Origin: Octopus sinensis
Taxonomy: Eukaryota
DNA length: 64,000 nt
Assembly (NCBI RefSeq): GCF_006345805.1
Contig: NC_042997.1
Span: 28,086,001-28,150,000, forward strand
Direction: 5' to 3'
The notes under the pieces were generated by a model. The model was not told the origin of the DNA. It worked only from the letters and a program-made list of their open reading frames with translations, and searched no databases. The first letter of the stretch is position 1; every line of letters begins with the position of its first letter. Shown one piece after another: positions 25,401-38,697 of this stretch. The position numbers and the translations under genes are program-made.

Positions 25401-26926
25401 TGTGTGTGTGTGTGTATTTGACGTAATTACTTTTTATCACAGTTAATCATGTTACTTGTAAACGAGCGATCATCGGATGAACTGATGTTAATTCTCGGTA
25501 TTTCGAATGCTTTATATACTATGGTATTATTTTCTTCCTTTCTCTTTAGTCATTTTCCTCAACCATTTTGTACAATTCGTTTTCTAAGAGACTTTCCTTG
25601 GTTGCCGTCATTTTGCATTTAGCATTTCGTCACTCATTCTCTCATCACTGGTCGAATTCGAAATGAATTTATTCAACTTATTCCTTACATGCTTATCATG
25701 TTATATTAACAAGTTCGTTGTTTGGCTTGTCTTTGTAATAACAACTTGTTTTGCTAAAATCGTTTATGAGTTTAACGCTTTTCATTGACTAAGTCAATGA
25801 TTGCCTTGTCTCCGATTATTGATTCCGTAATTATATCCTGTTTTGCTAAGACTGCGTATGTCGTCATCACTTTCCATTGAAAAGTTCATCGGTTATTTTA
25901 TTTCTAACTGTTTATTATGTCATCATATCCTGTTTTCTAAAGTAATTTTATTTCTATATAACTTTTCATTGGGCAAAACATTAGTTGAATTGTTTTATTC
26001 AACCCACAATTAATTAAGCGATCATATTCAGTTTGACTACATTTGTAATTATGTTTCTTTTAATGTGTGCAAAATCGCTATTCTTATATTAGATTATACC
26101 AGGGAATAATCGGCTCGTGTCTGTTTTATATTCCTGTCTATAAATTGTTATTCTTTTATGTATGTCTCTTTGCTTTGTTCTTCCATTTGGATTGGTATCG
26201 TTGTCTGTTTATTGGTTTTTCTGATGTGTTTGCGTATTTTTTGTGTCATAGAACTGCTTGGACTAATTTTCAAAAGTCTCTTTCTCCCGGAATCTTCAAC
26301 GTAATATCACCAGTGTCAGATGACATGTTTGCTGCTGAATAGCTGTAAAGAATTTGCATTGTAAAAAGACCATATGCTCGAACATCTAGCGCTCATTATT
26401 CATACTACTATTGTGTAAATCAACTCGTGACAGCTCTATACATCCATGCAAATATTCCAAGAGTCTCTGAAGTTCTTGTGTGTATATTTGTTTTGAGTGG
26501 ATAGTGTTGCACAGCACCGAACACACTATTCAGCTCAGTCAGCTATGAAATTAGTGGCACAAGAGAGGTTGAGATGATCAGAAACCTGCGGCAATTCTAT
26601 TGTTTTATGCGAGGATTATCTTACGAGAATTAGGTGTCCCTCACTCAAAGAGCTTCACATGGTAGTTAACGCATAGTTGTGACTCTAACAGGTGTTACTA
26701 CTCCGGGTCAGAGTAGACAGAGAAACAAAATGACTAAGAGGTGGTCCCTGGGAATTCTGTACGAAATCTCATCTCCTGGATGCAGTTTAAAGTCATACAC
26801 AAGACTTACTAATATACATATATACATAAAATACATACATAGCTATATATATTATATATATATATATATGTGATGTGGATTGTGTGTGTGTTGTGTTTAT
26901 ATATATGTATATATTATATGTATATA

Positions 26927-26964
<38 letters not shown>

Positions 26965-27653
26965 TATGTATATATATATATATATATGTGTGTGTGGTGT
27001 GTGTGTGTCTGTATCTGCATATATACATATATAATTGAAAACCAAGAGGAGAAGTGAGATTTATTCACATCCAAAATATTTTTATTAAAAAGTTTTCTAC
27101 AGCATATATAACAATGACCAACATATTTCTACTGCAGTAGCTGCACATTGCTCTTCATACAATTATGCATCCTAGTCGCAGCTCTGAATAGTAACAAGGA
27201 AGTACCCAACAAGTACATGTTTAAGCTTGCGTACCATGTAATTGAACTGCTGTAATATATATATTATTTATTTAAAGTTTATCCAAAGGACACACGATAT
27301 GTCTTTAAGTGCTATTGATAGATTTGTATTTTGAGAAATATGTCAAAGAGATTCAACAGTCACAAAGCACATACCATTACGAACTAAAAAAAACCTGACC
27401 AAGAGAAAAAACACTAAAGAAACCTAAGAAAGCAGCATATAGAACTTGCGGAAGGTTAAAGAACGGGAAACGGAAAACAGAAAACGGAAAATGAAAAAGT
27501 AAAAGCTAAAATCACAAAGTAAAAATATAAAAATGTAAAAGAGTTACCCTACTTAGACCTAAAATTATAAGGTTAGAAATATATTATATATTTTTGGTGA
27601 TCAATCTATCATGGAAAAGTACATAATATATATATATATATATATATACAAAT

Positions 27654-27843
27654 TGAGATAGGGGTTGTAAATGCAACCCTCCATGGGATAACATATATCC
27701 AATATACTGCTAGTGAAGTACCCAACAAAGTTAATACATAAATGTTAAGGATTGCGATGCAATCAATTCATTTACTGTATATATGGGCAAAGGTAAAATG
27801 ATTTTCCACAGATTACTAGATGTATTTCTCCATTTTCTTATCT

Positions 27844-27890
<47 letters not shown>

Positions 27891-28085
27891 AACAATGAGA
27901 TAGGGGTTGTAAATGCAACCCTCCATGGGATAACATATATCCAATATACTGCTAGTGAAGTACCCAACAAAGTTAATACATAAATGTTAAGGATTGCGAT
28001 GCAATCAATTCATTTACTGTATATATGGGCAAAGGTAAAATGATTTTCCACAGATTACTAGATGTATTTCTCCATTTTCTTATCT

Positions 28086-28087
<2 letters not shown>
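27654..28087. repeat. Perfect tandem duplication, period 242 bp (192-bp unique part + TA tract)
   Basis: 27654-27845 is identical to 27896-28087. Confidence 0.95.
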
Positions 28088-28137
<50 letters not shown>

Positions 28138-28140
<3 letters not shown>

Positions 28141-28900
28141 GAGGGTGTACCTAAAAGAAACCAGAATTCTGTAATATTATTAAATTCACTCAGTTTTACA
28201 TGTTTAAACATTTATCGCCTTCAAAATATTCACAATTTGAAGCAATGCATCGGTCGAAACGGGTTTTCCGCTGTTAGAAGCATTGCTTGAACTCTTACGA
28301 AATGATGTCATTTAACTCCTTCATCGATTTTTGTCCACGTCTTCTACATCTGCAACTTCCGTAGTACCATCTTTCGTCACCAGTGATGACCTTCGACAAC
28401 AGGTCCGGATCAATTTCCAACTTTTCTTTCAGTTCACGATACGCATTCAGTCATGACTGCTTTTGATCTTCTGTGAGCAAGCGAGGCACAAATTTTACTG
28501 CAACTCTTTTCATTTGCAATACCCCGGTTATAATTCGTTGCCACGAGTTCCAGGACACACCAGTCATATAAAGGAGTTTGTCAATTGTGCGGTCCGGGTC
28601 TCCAAGATCTGTTCATGAAATTTCATGATGTTTTCATTCATTCGGGTGGTCGACGGTGACCCTGAATGTGGTTGGTCTTCAAGCAACAAATGACTATTCC
28701 TAAAGCATGAAAACCACTCGTTAACTTGTGTTATGCACATTGCCGTGACTTTGTAAGTTGTTTGAAGCATGACAATATTTAGGTTGCCCTTTTCCCCAGC
28801 AGAAAACAGAATTTCATGGAAGCGCGCAGTTCCTTCGTTTCCGCTATCGCAAAATATTGATGATCAAGGGAAATCACTATAAATTATAAAACCTACCACA
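28138..28900 (-). mobile_element. Internally deleted mariner remnant with TIR
   Basis: Minus-strand frames: MKFCFLLGK, EWFSCF..LEDQPHSGSPST, KRVAVKFVPRLLTEDQK, VITGDERWYY, then a jump to C-terminal RFDRCIA..EYFEGD. TIR TA-cgagggtgtacctaaaagaaacc at 28138. Confidence 0.9.
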
Positions 28901-29139
28901 TGGATATATATATATATACTTTTATATTCATTTACTCATTTATTTATTTGAGTCATTATGATTGAAGTAATGCTGGAGCATATACATATGTGTATAATGC
29001 TCGAAATGAGGAATAGATATACATCCGAGAACAGACGAAATGTCGTTTCTCGGTGTTTACTTGTTCTGCTTTCCTTTTTCTCTTTCGTTGTTTACGTTGT
29101 TTACCAATCTTAAGCAAAGGCAGTCACATTACCTAATGA

Positions 29140-29580
29140 AGCTCCTAACTAAGGCAAAATTCAACATGAACAAACAGGATAAAACATTCACAGTATCCAA
29201 GTGTAATGATACAAGATGTGGAACGTGTCAATACATGCAGACTGGTAGATCCATCAAAACAAAAAATGGACAGATTTTCGTAGACATGAAGTGCAAAAGC
29301 AGAAATTTAATCTACTACATTAAATGCCATAACTGCGAGGAACTAAATATTGACGTGACAGGGAATGCATTATTGGAACGCTCATGAGTCCACAGACAAC
29401 AAATCCGAAATACTAATGTTGGCCAAATTCCATTGAGCAAACATATAGAAACATGTGGTCAGAAAATGTTGCTTATTTTTTTTTTCCCACTAGCTACATG
29501 ACACAACTAAGGCTGGGAGAAAGATAAAAGAAAAATGTTTTATCAAAATGTTGAAACCTGTTCTGAACGGAAATAAGAAC
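29140..29580 (+). mobile_element. Penelope-like GIY-YIG endonuclease fragment
   Basis: CNDTRCGTCQYM..MKCKSRNLIYYIKCHNCEE..TGNALLER*VHRQQIR..IPLSKHIETCG..FIKMLKPVLN. Confidence 0.85.
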
Positions 29581-30167
29581 AATTGGTATAAGAACCAGTT
29601 AATGATATAGATTAAAAAGTATCGTTACAAATTACAGAAGACTCCACCAACTGAAATAAAAACGATCGAAACTAAGTTTGCTCACTCATAAAACCAGTAC
29701 ATGTAAACCGCTAGCTAACTGATTAAAATTAAGGCGGGATATATGCCAGTAATGTTGGTGCGCCCGGTGAACCGTGACTTTTAAGAGGATGCGAATTGGT
29801 CAAAATCGTATTCGAAAAATTCAGCTTGCTGGAGCCTTCTAAGAGGTATTAAAAGGAAGATGTCAGTCATTTTATTACAGTTGTCAAGAAATCAACTGCC
29901 ATTTAAATACATTTTGAAATCTGATAATTACTACGAAGTTTATGAATATTATACAATATTTTTTTTATGTTTAACATACTTTCACATTATGAAAATGTTT
30001 TTCAAAAATACAATAATAAAAAACACGGAAACCAGACCGTATTTTAACTTTATTGAATTCATATATCATTCTATACATATCAACACAAATTTTGAATACA
30101 TACATACTTACATACACACATACATACACACATACATACATACACACACACATACACACACACACAC

Positions 30168-30214
<47 letters not shown>

Positions 30215-30284
30215 ATATATATACATATGTATATATTTATGCATACGTACATATATATATACATACACACACACACACACAAAC

Positions 30285-30315
<31 letters not shown>

Positions 30316-30499
30316 TACATACATACATATATATATAATTTTGATAAGGGAGTCAATGGATCTGCTTCAGGAATTCTGCAGGGTTTGTTGAGCTTACAAG
30401 GAATGATGGAAACGGAAAACAGTTATATTTAGTGAAGACGGTTTTACAAATTCATAACGAGCAGCCTGCACAAATGATTTGTTTAATGTGATCAAATGT

Positions 30500-30710
30500 T
30501 TGATTTGTGCATTAGCCTCCTACATCAAATCGACTCACTGCGTGAAATCGACGCTGCCGGAACAGATGCACGGTATACCGGACGTCAAGCATCGAAGTGA
30601 TCGGAGAAGATCGTGAGAAGAAATGTTTTGCTTAAGAACACAACTCACCATCCGCTCCAGGGATTTGATATATGATCGTGTGATCGTGAATACAATACTC
30701 TAACCTTGAT
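30500..30710 (-). mobile_element. Degraded SINE, family C-like
   Basis: gaaatgttttgcttaagaacacaactcaccatccgctccaggga..gatcgtg..actctaacc resembles 20000-20080. Confidence 0.5.
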
Positions 30711-31799
30711 AATTCCCTGTGTATGTAGCTAGCATTTTCTCTATGCCAATATAATGCAATAATGTGTCTCCATCGAGAAACAATATTGATCAGGATTCAC
30801 TTAAGATGGTTAGTCCACAGTGTAAGTTATAAAAAATATAGTGCAAGATATCACACTCATAACAGCCACTGGAAGACACATCCAGACAAAACTTATTTGT
30901 ATCTATCGTGGTTCTAATGAATCTCGGATATTTAATTGCACATCCCAGTAAAAGCTAAAATTGAGAACATAAGTATGCAAACACCTCGCAAAATGTTTAG
31001 CTTTTAAAAAAGTGAAAAACAAGAAAATAAGAGAAAAAAAAACACGAAAAAATCTGAACGTGGTCGATAGATACAGACACCTTAAATTTTCGCTGAATAA
31101 TATGACACAAAAGTACAGAAAGTTATAACAAATATCGAATAAAATGTATCAAAGATCAAACGGAAGCCTTTGACTGATCAATCTAGTTTACCGGATTCTG
31201 TGGCTTATATATTCCATGCACCCCAACACCTGGGTGGGATATCAGTCTGGCGTAGGATTATTCATTTTTGCCCAGATGAGTCGACTGGAGAAACATGATA
31301 TGAAGTGGTATGCTGAAGAATATCGTTCGTTCAAGCAATCGAAACCATAATCTTACGGTCAACACCGTACCCACTAAAACAGGGGTCTCTACATTTATGA
31401 TGACGCTAACGACGGAGCGTAAATAATTAGCATGAAACTTAAAGCAGATCGGAATTTTTAATTATTACTCTCACAAGAAAAATATATAACTTTTAAAAAT
31501 CGCAAGAAAATCGTTGTTCCAAATTTTCAGGGCAAAACCAAACGCTAATTATGTGCTTAAAAAATTTTTATAACACAAGTAAACATTATTAATGAAATAT
31601 CAAAAATGAAAGAAAATTTAACTGATTTAGCAATCATGAAAAGAAATGGAAATTTACCCAGTCCAATGTCTTCGAATTCCACGCATTAATTTCAAGCACC
31701 TTCTTACAAAATACCTCCAGTGTCACTTGATGTATTCCTGAAAATATAAGCAAACATAATCTTGATCAAATATGGTAAAACATAATTTAGTAAAGTCTA

Positions 31800-31905
31800 C
31801 AAGAGAGATCGATAGAGTAAGTACTAGGCTTACAAAGAATGTCCTGTGGGTCAATTTGTTCGACTAAATGCGGTGTCCCAGCATGGCGGCAGTCAAATGA
31901 CTGAA
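31800..31905 (+). mobile_element. SINE family A 3' module
   Basis: gtactaggcttacaaagaatgtcctgtgggtcaatttgttcgactaaatgcggtgtcccagcatgg. Confidence 0.85.
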
Positions 31906-32017
31906 TGTGTGTGTGTGGTGTGTGTGTGTGTGTGTGTGTGCACTGTTTATGGTATTTTGCCTTCTCTGGAATTTTCCATTTCACATTCTGACAAAGCGCT
32001 ATCCTCAAAATAAGGAT

Positions 32018-32305
32018 TGTTTAAGGCTGTTGAACGAACCAGCCGTGTTTCCAAAGGTGAATTATCCAAACCTCCAAGAATTCCTTTCAACACATGGCTC
32101 GTGATCAGAGATGCACATATAGTTAGCCACTAAGGGACATGCTCAACTGGTTAAGGTCAAACAACTGACAAGCAAATCTGTGGTATTGAGCAGAATATTT
32201 GCTGTAGCTCATCGTTTGTACCAAAACAAAATAATGTACATGATAACACTTCCAACCAGTTAAGATCAGAAGCCATGAGCGTCATTGTCTGGTACTGCAT
32301 AAGGG

Positions 32306-32327
<22 letters not shown>
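32018..32327. mobile_element. Partial, internally deleted copy of the (AAT)n-flanked element
   Basis: Matches 22470-22792; followed by (TAT)n and (CTA)n. Confidence 0.88.
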
Positions 32328-32344
<17 letters not shown>

Positions 32345-32353
32345 TATCATCAT

Positions 32354-32415
<62 letters not shown>

Positions 32416-32444
32416 TTATCATTTTGTTATCATTGTTGATAAGA

Positions 32445-32650
32445 CAAGGAGTTAGACAAAATGCTCAGCATTATTTTGACCGTCGCTAAGTTCTGATTTA
32501 AATTCCGCCGAGGTCGTCTTTACATTTCATTATTTCGGTGAATATAAGAAGTAACATTTGAACACTGGGGTAGATACAATGAACCATTACCCCCACATTT
32601 CCTTCCACCGCACTATTTGCTGCCATCGAGGCAAAATTTGAAATTATTAT
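32445..32650 (+). mobile_element. SINE family B, degraded
   Basis: aaattccgccgaggtcgtctttacatttcattatttcggtg..actggggtagatacaat. Confidence 0.7.
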
Positions 32651-33037
32651 TTTTAATATTATTTTTATAGTATATTCATTAAATGTTTTTATAAGGTTAT
32701 TAGTATTTTTACACTCTCCCTATTCAATGCTTATTGTTGTAGTGTGTACATTACTTACCTAACATACATATCTTGGTTAGGCATACAAAGATTACTCATA
32801 TTCATATTGCATAAAATAATGTTTTGACTATTTTAACTCTAATTTTATAATTGATTTTTTATTTAGTTTCGCTTAATCTATAGATCCGAAACTGCATTAC
32901 TTCATTGGTTCTTTTAACAATTTTTATATTAATATTCAACACGCCAGACACACAGTTGTGCGTACATATACGTATATATGTATTGTGTATGTATAATGTA
33001 TGTATATATATATATATTGATATATTTATATATATAT

Positions 33038-33072
<35 letters not shown>

Positions 33073-33154
33073 GCATATATATATATATTGATATATTTAT
33101 ATATATATATATATATAGCATATATATATATTGATATATTTATATATATATATA

Positions 33155-33218
<64 letters not shown>

Positions 33219-33672
33219 ATATAATATATATATATATATACATATATATATACACATATGTATATATATGTGTGTATGTGTGCGTTTTTGTGTGTGTATA
33301 CGTGTATATATGCGTGTATATGCATGTATATATACATATAATGTGTGTGTGTGTGTATTTATTTTGGCATGAATATACATGTCTATCTATATGGGTACGT
33401 ATATGGGAATGGATGTATACACACGATTATTTTATCACAACTTATCTTTCTCTTTTCCTCCTTTACTTTTATTTTCTTTATTTACGTCTCGATACTTTTA
33501 TAGACACCACATTGTCAAGATTGAAGCGTTTCTCTATTTTCTCTTTAATTCCACCCCACGCCAGCATTTATCTGTTTCTTCTTGTTTCTTTTTTGTTTCT
33601 TCTTTCTCTCGCTAGCGACGGCAAATGTGTGTATTAGACGAATATAATGTATATATGTGTGAGTATTACCAT

Positions 33673-34016
33673 ATATCCGGTTAGCAACTAAGTTTCCACC
33701 GCTTTTTTAAATTTTGGAATTTATTGCGTTTTTAAATTTTGGAATCTATTTTCTTCGAGAATTCTATTTTTCAATCATTTTGGAATCTATTTTGTTTTTT
33801 TCTTCTAGTTAATTCTAGTTAATTTTTGTTTAATTTTTAGATCATTAAAATGAAATGTCGAGTTAAGAAAAACGAGCATTTTCGACACGTCCTACGTTTT
33901 GTTTTTAATCAAGATTCTAAGTCCGCAAAAGCTGCTCGCGACATTTGAGCTGTGTATGGAGAGGTATGTACGTATATACATATATATATATATATATAAT
34001 ATATATATATATATAA

Positions 34017-34059
<43 letters not shown>

Positions 34060-34890
34060 CATACATACATACAAACATATACAAGAAAGCATATCTATAT
34101 AAATATACTTCTGTATATACATAGATACCAACACACATATATAAACGTTCTTCTCCGAGCATAAATATTGGGTTGGCAACTAAGTTCACGCAGTTTTTTT
34201 AAATCTAATATTTTTTTAAGATTTAAAAAACGCACCTCGTTCTGGCCGTCCAGTTGTGTTCGATGAGGAGCGATTAAACCAACTTTTGCGCGAAAATTCT
34301 CGTCAAACGACAAGGGAACTGGTAGAGAAAATGGAATGCTCCAACATTGCTATAGAGAAGCATCTTCTCTCGAGGGGAAAGGTTCAGAAGTATGGAGCAA
34401 GGGTTCCGAATGCTTTAAGTGAAAACGAACCACGATCTCCTCTGGTTTGCTTGCTCGTCACCGCTCAACTCATGGGCACAAGCAACAATTTTTTTACCGA
34501 ATCGTTACTGGCGACGAAAAATGGTGCCTGTACATCAATATGATGTAGCGTAAGGAATGGCTTACCCCCGGTAAACAACCGACACCGCGCGTGAAACAAG
34601 ATCTTCATCTGTGTAAAACGATGTGGTGCGTATGGTGGGACCGGGAAAGGATTATCCATTAAGAATTGTTTGAACGGAACCAAGCGGTGCTCAACAGTTG
34701 GAACGACTGAACACGGCTATTCAAAGACCTAATCGTCAACATGGGGTTCTTTTGCAGCACGGCAACGCCCGCCATCATGACCAAGGAAGCCATTCAAACG
34801 CATGGCTGGGAATTGCTGTCACACCCGCCGTACTTTTCTGATTTGGCACCAACGGATTTCCACCTCTTTCGATCTCTTTCAAATGCTATA
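33673..34890 (+). mobile_element. Rearranged mariner remnant with two 5'-type TIRs
   Basis: TIR at ~33673, then MKCRVKKNEHFRHVLRFVFNQ..AARDI.AVYGE, TA tract, second TIR at 34168-34200, then APRSGRPVVFDEERL..TGDEKW..HGNAR..HPPYFSDLAPTDFHLFRSL; 3'-truncated. Confidence 0.9.
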
Positions 34891-34999
34891 TATGGTTGGT
34901 AATGTCGCCTGTTGCAATCTTGTATCGTTGCCATCCATCTAATATCTGTTGCTATCTAGTATCGTCGAACTGAACGTTGCATGTCTTAGGCGGCCCGTT

Positions 35000-35400
35000 G
35001 GATACTGTCATCGAGATCCCTGAGGAGAGATACGTGGTTTTAGATAGGGCCACTACGGAGAGTATGCAATAGATTCATCATAGCGAAGTATTTCCTTAAA
35101 CGAAACAGTACTGGGTGAACATTTATCACCTTCAGTCTGTCCATCAATGTTTCAGGATAGAGGAGATTTGACCTGAGGGCGGAACGAATGGCAGGCAGGA
35201 GGATCGTTGAGCCGACCTCTGACTTTGACCAGTTTATCTCGAGGGTCCTGTACTACAGGTAAACAAGTGGGTAGACACAAAAGGCATTTGGCAGCGTTTT
35301 TCATATCAAACTTGACATGGAGGTGCTTGGAGTCGGTCAATGACGGTTTACGTGGACATACATTGAAAAATTATTTAGCGTCATTGGTGGCGCCCTCACG
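35000..35400 (+). mobile_element. Possible decayed RTE-type LINE 3' fragment
   Basis: Only weak similarity: SLSRGSCTTGKQVGRHKRHL resembles the RTE C-terminal G.R..GRPK.R motif. Confidence 0.3.
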
Positions 35401-35462
35401 TCTGCTGGTTATGCTAACTTGTAGATGTACCGCTATATATATATATATAATATATATATATA

Positions 35463-35500
<38 letters not shown>

Positions 35501-35574
35501 TGAGAGAGAGAGAGAGAGAGAGAGTGAGAGAGAGAGAGATAAATAGATAGACAGATAGATAGATTGGTAGGTAC

Positions 35575-35616
<42 letters not shown>

Positions 35617-36583
35617 TCGTGAATTTATTCATACTTATGATTCTCTTAACAAGTCCTAAAAGAAATAACTGAAGAATTTGTTTAGTGATGATTCTGAAAA
35701 TAAGTTTATTTTACCCTTGAATTCCTCCTGAATTAGTTAATTGGCCAGAAGTATCAATTATTGCAAAAATTGCTTCCCTGTAATTTACTGACTGAATTTT
35801 AAAATTATGTTATTTATTTCCTGAATATTATTAATTAATATCTGTACCTATTGAATGAATAATTAATAGGAGCCTTCTGTTTCAAAGTTTATGCTTTTAA
35901 AATTAGTTGTTATAATTTGTTTTAATTAATATCCTACAGGGTTCTGTTTTAAGAGTTTGAAGTGGATCTTAATTATGAATATCTAACATTTCTTCCTAAC
36001 TTAATAGCGTTTATTAACATCACCTACTCTATCATGACCTTTTGCAATAAGTACACCCGTCTCAAAATATCTGTTATTTTAATAATGAAGTAAACGATTC
36101 ATCATTGCCAGTACACAAGATCAGTGTAAGTAACTAAGGAGCGTCAAAAAGTCACGACATTTATTGTAATCTCAACGGAGGTGTCGACGCATTTTATTGT
36201 CTTAAACATCGAAACTTTAAACTGACCACTGCAGGTCACCGTTCTGTTGGGAGACAAAAGGAAAGTCGATAATAATTGGAACCACGCCGACATACACCAC
36301 ACGTTTCATGCTAAGATTGCCGTAGGATATGGACGTGAAGTATATTGTTGCAAATATTCATAATATAAATTTAGTCGCAAGAATATTTACAAAATACCTA
36401 CCTACTTAATTAACTAACCAACTAACTAACTACATGCCTGCTAGCATAGCAAATTTTAGACACACGCATACAATCCCCCCCCACACACACACAAAAATTA
36501 ATATTTTGTTTATATTTTTATGACTTCACGCAACAAAGTGAAAGTTTTGTAAGACATAAGTATTTTTAAGTAACTATGATATT

Positions 36584-37418
36584 CATTTCTACTCTAGGCA
36601 CAAGGCCCGTAATTTTGGAGGAAGGGGCCAGTCGTTTAGATCGATATCAGTATGTAACTGGTACTTAATTTATCGACCCGAAAGGATGAATAGCAAAGTC
36701 GACCTCGGCGGAATTTGATCTCAGAACTTAAAGACAGACGAAAGAACGCTTAGCACTTCGCCCGGCGTGCCCACAAGGGGCCACACAGAGAGGGGACAAA
36801 CAAGGACAGACACGCGGATTAAGTCGATTACATCGACTCCAGTGCGTAACTGGTACTTATTTAATCGACTCCAAAAAGATGAAAGGCGAAGTCGATATCA
36901 GCGGAATTTGAACTCAGAACGTAGCGGCAGACGAAATACCTATTTCTTTATTACCCACAAGGGGCTAAACATAGAGAGGACAAACAAGGACAGACATAGG
37001 TATTAAGTCGATTACATCGACTCCAGTGCGTAACTGGTACTAAATTTATCGACCCCGAAAGGATAAAAGGCAAAGTCAACCTCGGCGGAATTTGAACTCA
37101 CAACGTAACGGCAGACGAAATACCGCTAAGCATTTCGCCTGGTGTGCTAACGTTTCTGCCAGCTCGCCGCCTTATGCTAACGTTTCTTATTTCTTTATTG
37201 CCCACAAGGGGCTAAACATAGAGGGGACAAACAAGGTCAGACAAATGGATTAAATCGATTAGATCGACCCCAGTGCGTAACTGGTACTTGATTTATAGAC
37301 CCCGAAAGGATGAAGGGCAAAATCGACCTCGGCGGAATTTGAACTCACAACGTAACGGCAGACGAAATACCGCTAAGCATTTTGCCCGGCGTGCTAACGT
37401 TTCTGCCAGCTCGCTGCC
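36584..37418 (-). mobile_element. Four head-to-tail SINE family B copies within one 19-bp TSD
   Basis: Copies at ~36584-36769, 36770-36940, 36941-37173 and 37186-37418. tttaagtaactatgatatt at 36565-36583 and 37419-37437. Confidence 0.92.
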
Positions 37419-38264
37419 TTTAAGTAACTATGATATTTCAATCTGTAGTGGATTTTTCTGCAGCATGAGAGGGATAATGTAAAATAGAATTGTCGGCGGT
37501 GTGTGGCTAATTCTCAGAGTCTACAAGGAGGCTATAGAGAGTAGAATTATATTTGAAGTTTACTGAAGAAAAGCTGAGGAGAAATAAAGAGAGAAGCTAT
37601 GGCGTAGATTTAAAATTGTAAGAGTTGTTACGATTGAGGGGGAGAGACGATAAGATCGAGCATAGAAAAGTGCAGAACATAGAGCAGAATGGAATGAATA
37701 TGGATTACTTCCTTCCTGTACCATTTTTTTTTCTGCTTTTAGTCATGAGGGAAGACAATGCCTATAACTGCCTATAGGACCTGCGAGATTGGGGACGGAA
37801 GATCTGAATACTTGAATACTTGGAATAGAATAGGTCTTTCTGATGACCTATTAGCGGGGTTAAACTGGGTAACGGATTAAAGTACTGTTATCAGGACAAT
37901 TCTATCAAAAATACTGGTGGAATATAGCGACATTAAACACTCTTATACTCTTCATTAATCATATTCATATCATTCATTTCTAGGCCTTCAACCGCATGCT
38001 TACTTAATACTAGGGCATAATGTATCCAGTCCTCTTTGTCCTATGTGTTGCACCGTCTTTGCCGTTCTTTGTTTATCATAGTTTGAACTGTTTCTATCAC
38101 TTTTAAAAATTTATTGTTTATGATCCCTGTTACTGGATATATACACTTATAGTCAACGGTCGCTAACCAATTCACTTTAGATGCGTGAATTTCTTAGATT
38201 TCGTCACAGTAATTATTTTCACTGTCAGCACTTTCAAACGTTATCCATATCTTTTATTGTTCAC

Positions 38265-38445
38265 TTCTTTCAGTCATTGGATTGACACCATTCTGGAGCA
38301 TCTTTTTGGAGAAGTTAGTCAAATAAATCGGTACCAGTTTTTATTTTTTAAGGTTAGTACTTAATACAATGGTTTCTTTTTCTTTTTCAAAATACTAAGT
38401 TATAGGAATGTAAACAAGCACCAGTTATCAAACACATACCGAAAG
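38265..38445 (-). mobile_element. SINE family A 3' module, degraded
   Basis: cacttctttcagtcattggattgacaccattctggagcatc...tgtaaacaagcaccagtt. Confidence 0.65.
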
Positions 38446-38697
38446 ATAGTGATATATGTATATAAAGACAGACTGACACTCATTCATGCAGGCGAACATA
38501 CTCACATATATGTATGTACATCTTTCTATCTATCTATATCTGTACACACACAAACACAGAAACAGACACACACATACACATATTAATGCTTGCTTTTATG
38601 TTAAATTATAATAAAAAACGATTATACATGAATATGATGAGTTTCTCAAAACCTTTGTAGAATACAAATTTATTATTCTTAAGCAACAATATTGTTG

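Noticed and set aside
29790-29840. Stem gatgcga/tcgtatt followed by gaaa downstream of the GIY-YIG fragment
   Set aside because: Position fits a PLE hammerhead, but the core, stem III and stem I are all too degenerate to call.
36584-37418. Regularly spaced repeats that might suggest a CRISPR-like array
   Set aside because: Units are ~170-235-bp SINE copies with no unique spacers, in eukaryotic context with no cas genes.
37848-37870. CTGATGA within aataggtc/gacctatt hairpin
   Set aside because: No correctly placed GAAA or stem III.
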